DNA of 62,401 bases, counting the filler, from Chrysochromulina tobinii (taxonomy: Eukaryota), in assembly GCA_001275005.1 (NCBI GenBank). It is 5 parts of 5 records of this genome, joined end to end, with 100 filler letters (N's around TTAATTAATTAA, not from the genome) between each part and the next. Parts side by side here need not be neighbours in the genome. Positions count along the whole stretch, not along the records: positions 7,938 to 32,777 come from JWZX01001057.1; 4 more parts are not named here. One strand, written 5' to 3'. Numbering within the stretch: position 1 is the first letter of the stretch; the number at the start of each line of letters is the position of its first letter. The translations under genes and the position numbers were made by a program. This document shows, in pieces, positions 12,601 to 21,810 of the stretch. The notes beneath the pieces are model-generated. The model had not been told where the DNA came from and searched no databases. It saw nothing but the letters and a program-made list of their open reading frames with translations.

Positions 12601-14907
12601 GCAGTGGAGCGCTCTCGCGCCGGCGGCCTTTCGGTCGGGACTCGTCTCTCTTCGACTACGAGAACGACTCTGAGGTATGTCTGATGGCCTGTGCTGGCTT
12701 CCAAAGTGCTCTGAAGGCATCTAGTGAGCTCTGATGGCCTCTGATGGCCTCTAATGACCTCTGATGAGCTCTGATGGCCTCTAATGAGCTCTGATGGCCT
12801 CTAATGAGCTCTGATGGCCTCCCTCATCAGGATGGCTGGGAGGAAGGCGACGAAGGGGAGGAGCTTCTCTCCGAGGACGACGCGGACGCCGACGAACTCA
12901 GCGACGAGGAGAACGCAGACGGCTGGCTGGTCGACGATGGCGAGACACCCGAGGGGGCGACCGCCGAGGCTGCCGAGCTGGGCGGTGCCAAGACGGCGCG
13001 GCGCGAGCCCATCTTGCATCTGTGTGCGAGCCTCTCCGACGGCGGCGTGCCGACCGAAGCGGCCCGCGCCGCCCTCTCGGCGTGTGCTGTCCAGGTGCAT
13101 GCTGATTGCGACTGAGTGCATGCTGATTGCGACTGATTGCCTCCGCCGCCCTCTCGGCGTGTGCTGTCCAGGTGCATGCTGATTGCGACTGAGTGCATGC
13201 TGATTGCGACTGATTGTCCCCGTCGCCCTCTCGGTGTGTGCTGCCCAGCTGCTGCCCGAGATGCTCCAGCCTGGAGAGCTGGCACCGTCTCTCGAAGACG
13301 ACGTCGCAGCGACGGACGGTGGCGCCTCGGCGGCGGCAGCTGGCGCCGGTGCTGACGGCGGACTGGGCGTCGCGACGGGTGGCGGCAGCCGCGGCGGCGG
13401 CGGAATCCGCGGGCCGTCCACTAAGGCGGTGGTCGATTGCGAGATGCCACGCCTTGCGCGGATGGTGCACCGCAGCCGGGAGGGGATCTCGAAGATGATC
13501 GACGCGTTCCTCGACAGTACTCCCGAGGGCACTCCGCCCGCATCCAAGGCGCAGATCAGGGTGGCCATCAACGCAATCGCCGAGTACGCTCAGCCAACCG
13601 GTGCGCCCAAGAGTGCCGCTAAGTGCTGGATCGTCCATGCCGATAAGCTCAAGGAGCTCGGGCTGTACGAGGAGCTCGAGACGACGCCTGTCGCGATGGC
13701 GCCTCTAGCGCAACAGCCCGCCGCGCCGATCGGAAAGCCGCTACTGGCCGGGCTGCAGCTGGCAGCAGCGCAGGCGGCAGCGAGGGCTCATGCATCGGCC
13801 GCAGCGCAAGAGCAGGCGCAGGATCAGGCGGCGGCCGCAGCGCACGTGCAAGTGGCCGCCGCGCCTGCTGCGCCCGCCGCTGCCGCTTCTGCGGCGCCCG
13901 CCACGGCGCCCGCCAGCGTCGCAAATCCAGCCGTCAAGAACAACTTCATGCGCTCGTTCTTGACCAAGTCCGCCGACAAGGCCGGCAAGGAGCTGCCCCA
14001 GCCCCGGATGGGCGACGATGCCCCCACAAAGGAGGACAAGGAGGACGCCGACTTGGAGGATCCGCCGGCTGGCCCACTTGGCACCATCGTCTGGGCCAAG
14101 CAGGTGGGCTACGTGTACTGGCCGGCGATCGTCGCGCGCGAGGCGCAGGGCCCCGACCGCCACAAGCGCGAGGGCGGCTGGACCTTCGTGCGCTACTTCG
14201 GCACGAACCAGGTCGGGTACTGCAAGCTCACGATGCCGTGGGCCGAAGGAAAGGAGAAGTGCCTCAAGGAGGCCGAGGAGGCGCAGAAGAAGAAGCCCGC
14301 GTCGGTGCGCGGCTTCAAGCAGGGCGTTGAGGAGGCCGAGGCGGAGATCGCCAAGAACAACTTCATGAGGCTCCTGTCCAAATCCGACGGCAAGGGCGTC
14401 TCCGGGGCCGAAGCGCCCACGAGCGCGCATGCGGACTCGTCGCCCGCGCCTCCGAGCGCCGTATTGAGCGGCCCCTCGGCTCTGGAGACGCCTGCGCTCA
14501 CGGCAGCGCCACACTCCTTCGGCCCGCCGGACTGTAGCGGTGGCAACGGCGGCGGAAGCGGCGGCGGAAGCGCCGGAAGCGGCGGCGGAAGCGGCGGCGA
14601 GGGGAGCGACCTCGAAGTGGTCAAGACTCTCTTCGGTAGCGGCGCCGTTGCGACGAGTGCGGCGCGCACCCCGTCGACCGCCGCCGAGGGTGCAAACGAG
14701 TTGTGCACTCCGAGGACCGACCTTGCCGACTCGCTGCCCCCCGCCGCTGTGGAAATGCCGTCAGTAGCCGAGGTGAAGGCGATGGAGGCAAAGGCGATGG
14801 AGGCGAAGGCGATGGAGGCGATGGAGGTGGAGGCGATGGAGGTGGCGGCATGTGGAGCTGGGGGGTGCATACCGGCTGTGCCGGCACCCTCCTTGACAAG
14901 CGCGTGA
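9624..14907 (+). CDS. CHAF1A: Chromatin assembly factor 1 subunit A (p150/Cac1)-like protein with added KHA/DCX-like, MBD-like, chromo and PWWP domains
   Basis: KER coiled coil; PIP box QSISNFF (11658-11678); CAF1A motifs MKTLAFDEDVRPAYHGTF and RRPFGRD..FDYENDSE|DGWEEGDEGEEL restored across intron 12675-12830; winged-helix-like SKAQIRVAINAIAEY..CWIVH; second intron 13095-13248; both joins in frame. Confidence 0.85.
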
Positions 14908-15479
14908 AGAGCAGAGAGCGCGGAGCTGTGCGGAGCTGTGAAGAGCTGTGAAGAGCTGTGAAGAGCTGTGCGGCTCGACGACGTGTACCAGGGCGAGGCG
15001 AGAGGAGGATGATGACTTTCATCATCTTCAATAAGAGAGGACGTGATGGCGGCGCTCACGATGGCGCTCACGAAAGGGCCCTCCACACTCGAAAGGTGGC
15101 TGTGGGGAGGTGGGTACCTAGTGGGCACCACACCATGAGAGCTGCCGAGCATGAGGGTTGGCGCGTCGGCGCCACGTGGCGTGCAGCGACGTGTGGGAAG
15201 TGGGGCAGTGGCTGTGATGCTCATTACGACGCTCACATGCTGCGGAGCTGCGCAGGCATCGGGTGGCCGTTCGCGTGTGCAACATGGGGCGCAGCTGGGT
15301 GGCGGGCTAATTGAGAGATGTCCGGCGGCCAATGTCGTCGGGGGAAGCGCTTCCTGCATGTTCTGGCCGCTTTGCACGAATGTTCATTGGAGAGGTTCGC
15401 GAGTATTCCGGTTATTTTCGTTTGCCGAAGGTTCCTCACTTCACAGGATTCCACTGTGAACTGAGATACGCTTTTTGCG

Positions 15480-17096
15480 ATGCCACGCGCACTGAGCGCG
15501 GATGACGCGCTGCTCGGGCACCACGAGAAGCTGCAGCGCACCAAGTCCTTCGAGACCGGCCTGCTGCTCGCGCAGGCTGGCGCCAAGGCCGACACGCTGC
15601 TGCGATTCGTGCCGACTCCCGAGCAGGAGGAGGGTGTGAAGGCCGTCGCCGTCGACCCAGATTGGATGCTCGAGCACGCGGTGCAGGTGTCGCGCATGCT
15701 TCCCGGGGGCGTGGTCGTGCTCGGCTGCTACGTCTTCGCGCCCAACGCCAAGCTCGCTCCGCAAGAGGCCAAGCTGCAGCAGGTCCTGCACGCGATCGCC
15801 AAGCGGCTCCCGCCAAGTGTGAGCGAGCCGCACGCGGTCTTGCTATTGCTACCATCGGACGCCAAGAAGGTCGTGTGCAAGTCTTGCGCCGCGGCGCCGC
15901 CGGTGCGGCTACAGCCGCTCGACCTGAAAACGTCGCCCAAGCCGCCCGAGCTCGTGTGCTTCGCGTGCGACTGGCAAGTGGACTTGACCCTCTGGCTGCA
16001 TCCTGCGGCGGCCTCGGCCTCGCACGTGGCACAGCTCGCGGAGCAGCTGGGCGCGATCGAGGCCGAGCTGTCGAGCGCGCTCACCACGGTGGACGGCGCC
16101 CTGCCCAGCGAGGGCATGCTCACCACGGCGCCCGGCGCCTCCGGCTCGTTGACGAACCCTCACAGGGTCGACTTTTTCACAGCCTCGCCCACGACGGCGC
16201 TTCGCCCACAGGCGGGGGCCGCGGCGTCGGTGCGGCTCGTGGGCGTGGTGCACGGGCGCGCCTTCGTGCTCGCGCGCTCGGAGGTCAGCAGTGCCCTCGC
16301 CGAGCTCCGACGTGACGTGTGCGGCACACTGCGCGCTCGCATTCCGCTCCTTTTGGAGCAGTTGGCCGATGAGGATGAGGACGACGAGGACGGGGACGAC
16401 GAGGGGGGAGGCGCCCACGACGGCGCATCGTCCAAGGGGTCGGCCGGCCGATTCGCGCTCGACGCGGCGCGCGCCACGCACGCGCTGCCACGGCGCGCGC
16501 ACGTACCGGTAAGCACCAACCTCTCTCTGTGCGACTACCTAGGTGCCCACGAGGACGCGAGTGACGTGGCCGAGCGGGTGCATGCGCTCCTCGGGCACGA
16601 GATGCAATCTCGCGAGGGAGATGACGGAGATCGCGAGCTCGGCCCCGAGGCTCAGCCTCTCGTTGCGACGTTCGCCGACTCCGTCTGCGCGCTGCCGGCG
16701 CCCGGGACGGCGCGCACGAGCTCCAGTGTGTCGACCGCCAAGGGCGGCGCGGGCGGCGCCAAGGCGGGCGCACGTGGGGGGGATGGTGGCGCGGACGGCG
16801 CGCCGGCGAGTCGTGGGGGCGCCGTGACGGGCGCCATCGGCACGAGTCTGATGCTCCCGGTACTGATGGGTTTGGGGCTGCTCGGCCTTGGCCTCGCTCT
16901 CGCGCTGAGGAGTACGGGGGAACCCGGCGCTCACCACGGCGCTCACCACGGCGACCGTATCGGCGCTCAGCATGGCGTGCATGCATCCGTGGGCGGCGTA
17001 CTCGATGCGGCCATTGCCGCGGCGGGCGAGGAAGCGGCGAGGGCGGCCGAGGGTATGGGCATGGCCGGTGCCGTCGAGCGACCGGACGCTCCTTGA
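15480..17096 (+). CDS. ODR4: ODR-4 family protein (tail-anchored ER membrane protein)
   Basis: DWMLEHAVQVSRMLPGGVVVLGCYV and LPRRAHVP..LCDYL motifs typical of ODR4; C-terminal TM helix. Confidence 0.85.
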   Translation: MPRALSADDALLGHHEKLQRTKSFETGLLLAQAGAKADTLLRFVPTPEQEEGVKAVAVDPDWMLEHAVQVSRMLPGGVVVLGCYVFAPNAKLAPQEAKLQQVLHAIAKRLPPSVSEPHAVLLLLPSDAKKVVCKSCAAAPPVRLQPLDLKTSPKPPELVCFACDWQVDLTLWLHPAAASASHVAQLAEQLGAIEAELSSALTTVDGALPSEGMLTTAPGASGSLTNPHRVDFFTASPTTALRPQAGAAASVRLVGVVHGRAFVLARSEVSSALAELRRDVCGTLRARIPLLLEQLADEDEDDEDGDDEGGGAHDGASSKGSAGRFALDAARATHALPRRAHVPVSTNLSLCDYLGAHEDASDVAERVHALLGHEMQSREGDDGDRELGPEAQPLVATFADSVCALPAPGTARTSSSVSTAKGGAGGAKAGARGGDGGADGAPASRGGAVTGAIGTSLMLPVLMGLGLLGLGLALALRSTGEPGAHHGAHHGDRIGAQHGVHASVGGVLDAAIAAAGEEAARAAEGMGMAGAVERPDAP

Positions 17097-17138
17097 TTCG
17101 GACTTCAGATGTTGGAAGGTGAGGTGTAGGTGGGTGGG

Positions 17139-17225
17139 TTGCGAGCGCTCCGTGGGGACCGCCTCTGATGACCTCTGATGACCTCTGATGACCTCTGATT
17201 GCGAGCGCTCCGTGGGGACCGCCTC
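17139..17225 (+). repeat. (TGATGACCTC)3 insert flanked by a perfect 27-bp direct repeat, downstream of the ODR4 stop
   Basis: ttgcgagcgctccgtggggaccgcctc at 17139-17165 and 17199-17225 around the decamer array. Confidence 0.95.
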
Positions 17226-17650
17226 CCGGAAGGTGGTTTGAGCTTCGAGCCGGCAGCGACGAAGCGAAGCGTGAATTTTCCGCGCGCGCCCGAACACACC
17301 GTCACGCTCACGGTATCGGTACCGGAGACCATGATCCATGTACGAGACCGGGTGGCGAGGCCGGAACCGTAATCGCAAACTGTGCATTGTCGAAACACTT
17401 TCGAAACACCTCCGACGACGACTCGAGACCTGCGACCTCGACCGCCGGGCCATCTGCATGGCGCTCTGTCACGAAAACGAAAAGACAATTGAGTAGCCGA
17501 GAGGCCGAGAGATAGGTAGTACTCACAGTACTTGAACTTGTGGAGTTGTGGTGACCGAGGTGTGCGGAACCATCCTTTCACCTTTGAGACTGCGGTGAGG
17601 GTGTGCTGGGAGAGGCCGACCTCACCAGCGAAATTGAGTAGCCCGAGCGA

Positions 17651-18484
17651 GTGAGTTTTGAGGACCGCGACGAAACTGACTTACTATCCTGTGATTGGAC
17701 TCCGAAACCAGGAAACTCATCGCGCTCGGACCACACGCAAAGACGGTCGCGGCCATACGTACAGATGACTCCGGACGGTCCGCTGACGCCGCGACGCGTC
17801 AAAACAGTGGACGCGCCATATGAGCTGCGGGACAAGCTCTGGATGGTGTACACCTCAACTCCGCTTCTCTTCTTTTCAGTTGTGCTTTTCTTTGCCGTTT
17901 GGACTGCGCTCGGGTTCCAGGGCTATCTTGTGAGAACGAAATGGTTGGCTTCGAGCATGAGCGTTCTCATATTGTGGGGGGTCTTATACAGCTCCATCGT
18001 GGCGTCCAGCGAAGAGTGGATGTTCCTGCACAAGAAGTTTGAGAAGCGCCTGCATCAAAAAGCGGACGAAGGAGTGGAGTTTACCGTAAATAGCATTTAC
18101 GAGTGGTTCAGATTCAACAAGCAATTGGTGTGGGGCATGGCGATGGGCGTGGTGGATCTTGTCAAACTCTTGTTCGTCGCTCTCAAGACGTTCGTCGAGG
18201 AGTTGGTGGATAGCTTGCTCAAATTCATCGGTAGCCTGTTCAAACCGTTGCGAGACCTCCTCGCGTTGTGCATCGTCCTTGGCGGCGGCGCGATCGAGGT
18301 CGTCGCCGACGAAATGCCCAAGGTGGTGGACGCCATCAAGACCGGTCCCGATAGAGCGAGGCGTGTGATCCGTGAGAATGTCGCTGGTTGCATCCTGCTT
18401 GCTCTGGTGTGTGCTTGGTTGGGTCCAGTCGACTATCTGGGCTACATCCGTCCCCGCATCCGGTCTCTGATGGGCTTGCACTGA
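17651..18484 (+). CDS. Hypothetical multi-pass membrane protein (first ATG 17765)
   Basis: 277-aa ORF with several hydrophobic helices and non-low-complexity sequence. Confidence 0.6.
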   Translation: MSFEDRDETDLLSCDWTPKPGNSSRSDHTQRRSRPYVQMTPDGPLTPRRVKTVDAPYELRDKLWMVYTSTPLLFFSVVLFFAVWTALGFQGYLVRTKWLASSMSVLILWGVLYSSIVASSEEWMFLHKKFEKRLHQKADEGVEFTVNSIYEWFRFNKQLVWGMAMGVVDLVKLLFVALKTFVEELVDSLLKFIGSLFKPLRDLLALCIVLGGGAIEVVADEMPKVVDAIKTGPDRARRVIRENVAGCILLALVCAWLGPVDYLGYIRPRIRSLMGLH

Positions 18485-19083
18485 AGGCATGAGAGCACCA
18501 TGGTCTTGAGCAATGAGCTCCCGACCATGCTACAACTCATGGGCCATTTTTAAGCGAGTGTGATTGCATTGCGAGGGCGGCGAGCTGGCGCGGCTGCAAG
18601 CTGTGCGGCGGTCGCGGCTTGGTGGCTCGGTCCGCGGATGGGATCCGCTTCCGGGCTCATCTTGTGCGTTGTGGGGAAATATGGCAGGACGCCCAGCCCG
18701 GTGTGACTGTGAATGGGCTCAGTATCCCTCTCGAACCCCTTCGCATCTCGCCTTCTCGTTGAATCATCTCGTCTAGTCTCTAGATCGTCGCAAGATTGTG
18801 ACCGATTTAACGACGCACCGATTCGCGATTGTGACAATGAATGGCATTGTCGCGGTAAATTGTGACCGGTATACGTCGGATCACTCGGTACGAATGGTTA
18901 TAATAGAGGCGTCCTGTGAGACGTTATTTCCCAAACACGTGTATTGACGTAGATCAGTACCAGGCTCTGCGCGCGGAGAGGAGAACCGCTGCGCGGGCGC
19001 TGCGGTCCGCTGCCGGTCCGGCCCGGTGCAGCCCCGTGCGTCGGGCTCTAAGACCTAAGAGCATGTAAGCGTGTGTGGCGCGG

Positions 19084-21333
19084 TCAACCTCGATTTCTGA
19101 CCCTTTCCTTGAGCTTTTTCGCAAATCGCATGGCCAGCTCTGACGAGATGACGCCAGCTGAGATGTCAGCATGGGCGGATGAGGTTGTCTCAGAGGTTGT
19201 CCTCGCGACTGCATCGTGCACGATATCAAGCACCATCTTCATCGATTCTTCAATTGGCCGAACGGGATCGGTGCCCCATGGCGGTGCTCGCGTGCTTACA
19301 ATGGCCATGTACTTGTCATGATTCTCCTCGATCCACTGAGCCGCGTTTTGGCAACCTGCTGCCCCGATCTCGGCAGTCGTCGGCAGGGCTTTCAGCGTCG
19401 AGGCTCGGCACAAGGCCTCCATGAAGCCTTGGAAATTGATCATCGAGTCGCGCCGCTTTCCGTTCTCTGTTCTCGTGTCCACAACGACCATCCTGGCAGA
19501 GGCAAAGCACAACATGGCATCGCGCTCAGAGAGATCCTGGCCGATCAGCTTCGAGTGGTTAAGGAAGTCCATCCACTCTTCCAACGCGAGTCGATCCTTC
19601 AAGCCTTGAGGCTTCATGCGAGCGTAGCTTCTTTTGCAGAGCGCGTCGTACAGATTTTCGAGCGATGCCAAGTTTGCCTCGAGTAGCTCGGTGACCGCCC
19701 GTGTGTACGCCAAGCGCGCTCGGAAGATGTTGGTGTCAACGACGATATGCATGCCAGTGGCGAGAGCTCGATTCATAATGTCGGTGGAGACCAGCCGATC
19801 GACCGCATCCGACACGTCAGGGATTTCGCCGGACTTTACATACTTGCAGATCGCCAGGCGCACGAGGGCCTGGTAGAATTCTAGACGCGAGAGCGAGATT
19901 TCGCTGCCACCGTCTACTGCGACCGCCGCGCGCGTGGACGTTTGCTTTTTGAGCTCGCGCGCGGCTAATTTGGTCTTCGCATTCACCTCGAGGAAGATCA
20001 TATCGGCGTCCTTGCGCTTGCAATACTTGCTCGTCTTGGAGACCAGCTTGAAATCATCAGTAAAGTCCGTCCACGCATTCAGGCCGACGCCATCTGATAT
20101 GCTGCCGCTCTCTATAGAATAGTACGTGTAGATGCTGGTCAGCAGGTCGTGGACGTTCCACAGCGCCATGCCCACGTCTTCGACCTCGTCCGGGATTCCA
20201 TCACCGTCCTCATCCTCAACCCCGTCGTCGTCGCCATCGTCGTGCGCTAATACGAGCTTGGTCATGCCAAGGCCGAGGAGCACCTCCCAGTCGATGCTGA
20301 AGCGTTTGAATTCAACGTCGTCTGTGTCGTACACGTCCTTCGAGTCGGCGTCCTTGCGTCTCGGCTCCCAGATGCTCTTGTACACATCAAAAGGCTTGGG
20401 CTCGATCACTTTCGCGTCCTCGGGTCTTCGCGCACGAGCAATCACCTTCTCAGTGGGTTCGACAGGTCGGAGCTCAAAGTAGCGATTGGTGCGCACGGCG
20501 AACAAGGCCTCGTCAAATTTGTCGGCTACCGCGGCGCTCTTCGCCTTGCCCGAGTTTATGCACAGATGATCCGCCTTGGCACTTATCGCGCGGTGCTTCG
20601 TATCGAAGCGCTGGGCGGCCTCCACGGACGTAACAGGCATCTTCCACCATTTGGGGGCGCTCGCGCGGAGCTCCAGCAGCTCCTTGCGCATCGCTGGCGG
20701 ACGTAGAATGCGTTCCGTGGACGGCCCTTGTAGGGTGTTGCGCTGCAGGGTGTCCTTTTTCCATACGTCCAGCGCTGCGATTCCAGCCACGCTCTGCAGT
20801 TTGACCTTGCGCCAGCCCGCCGATGCCGATGTTGAAGCACCTCCGCGGTGCGCATTGATGCGCTCAAGGAGGCTGTGCGGGTGTCGGGTTGGCTTCGGAA
20901 GTCTGCTCCCATCAGCCGTCCTTATCGCCGATCTTCCATCATTGATCCCCCGCGGCGTCAGTGGCAGGTGCGGCCGCTTGAGGCTGGCCGGGACGGTAGA
21001 GGGCCGCAGCTGGCTTGCAAGTCCCTGTTGCTGAGGTGCTTGCAGCGCGCGGCTTAGAACCGTGGGTGCTCGTTGAGGCGTGGGTTGCGACAGCCCCCCA
21101 GCTCGCTGCTCGCGTGTCCCCATCGGCATGCATGTATCGAGCGAAACAGAGAGTGCGCTCATGTAGGCACTGGATGGTCGTTCTTGGAGGAAGCCGAACT
21201 GGAAGGCCTGTACGGCCGTCATGCCCGAGGTCGAAGAGGGCCGGAAAGATGATGATGCCCCTCCATCCGAGCCATCCCTGGGTGTTCCTAAGGTGATTAA
21301 CACCTTTGAGTTTGCTGGGGGCACCGCACGCAT
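19084..21333 (-). CDS. Hypothetical protein with degenerate EF-hand-like helical repeats
   Basis: 749-aa ORF; repeated LSRLEFYQALVRLA / INFQGFMEALCRAS pattern; DEDGDGIPDE loop. Confidence 0.75.
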   Translation of the reverse strand: MRAVPPANSKVLITLGTPRDGSDGGASSSFRPSSTSGMTAVQAFQFGFLQERPSSAYMSALSVSLDTCMPMGTREQRAGGLSQPTPQRAPTVLSRALQAPQQQGLASQLRPSTVPASLKRPHLPLTPRGINDGRSAIRTADGSRLPKPTRHPHSLLERINAHRGGASTSASAGWRKVKLQSVAGIAALDVWKKDTLQRNTLQGPSTERILRPPAMRKELLELRASAPKWWKMPVTSVEAAQRFDTKHRAISAKADHLCINSGKAKSAAVADKFDEALFAVRTNRYFELRPVEPTEKVIARARRPEDAKVIEPKPFDVYKSIWEPRRKDADSKDVYDTDDVEFKRFSIDWEVLLGLGMTKLVLAHDDGDDDGVEDEDGDGIPDEVEDVGMALWNVHDLLTSIYTYYSIESGSISDGVGLNAWTDFTDDFKLVSKTSKYCKRKDADMIFLEVNAKTKLAARELKKQTSTRAAVAVDGGSEISLSRLEFYQALVRLAICKYVKSGEIPDVSDAVDRLVSTDIMNRALATGMHIVVDTNIFRARLAYTRAVTELLEANLASLENLYDALCKRSYARMKPQGLKDRLALEEWMDFLNHSKLIGQDLSERDAMLCFASARMVVVDTRTENGKRRDSMINFQGFMEALCRASTLKALPTTAEIGAAGCQNAAQWIEENHDKYMAIVSTRAPPWGTDPVRPIEESMKMVLDIVHDAVARTTSETTSSAHADISAGVISSELAMRFAKKLKERVRNRG

Positions 21334-21810
21334 AGCCTGGTTAGGAGAGAGCTTTCAATGAACAGCGCCGCTCTGTATGGCCGCGGAGCTCACCGTCAGT
21401 CAGATCAGTAATGGTTGCTGATCAGCAACGCGAAGTGTGCGGACAGAAAAACGGGTCGTTTCAAGTTCTCATGATTGGAGCCGCAATCAAAGGAGAGTGG
21501 TGCTTTCTTCAAGTTCTTGATTGTTCGCCACGTCGAGTCAGTACTGACAGCGTGTTCTGACTGCGTGTTCAGGGGTTTCTTCGAAGCCTGTGAATCTTCG
21601 CCCCGCACGAGCGCACTTCTCTCTTGAATTGGCTGACCTATTTTCCTGTGGAAAGCCCAGCGAGCCTCAGCGAGGGTCGAAACGGCGTCCCGTCGGTTCA
21701 AATTCACGAGACAACGAGCGCACGGCGCGGCGCGGGGGAGCCGGCTTCGATCCGTGTCCGTCCACTCTCCGCCGATACAGCTCGGAGTCAGCTTGCTCGA
21801 GTCGTGAGGC

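Noticed and set aside
9757..16986. Many long overlapping antisense or alternative-frame ORFs (Arg/Pro/Ala-rich)
   Set aside because: Expected shadow ORFs in high-GC coding DNA; no motifs
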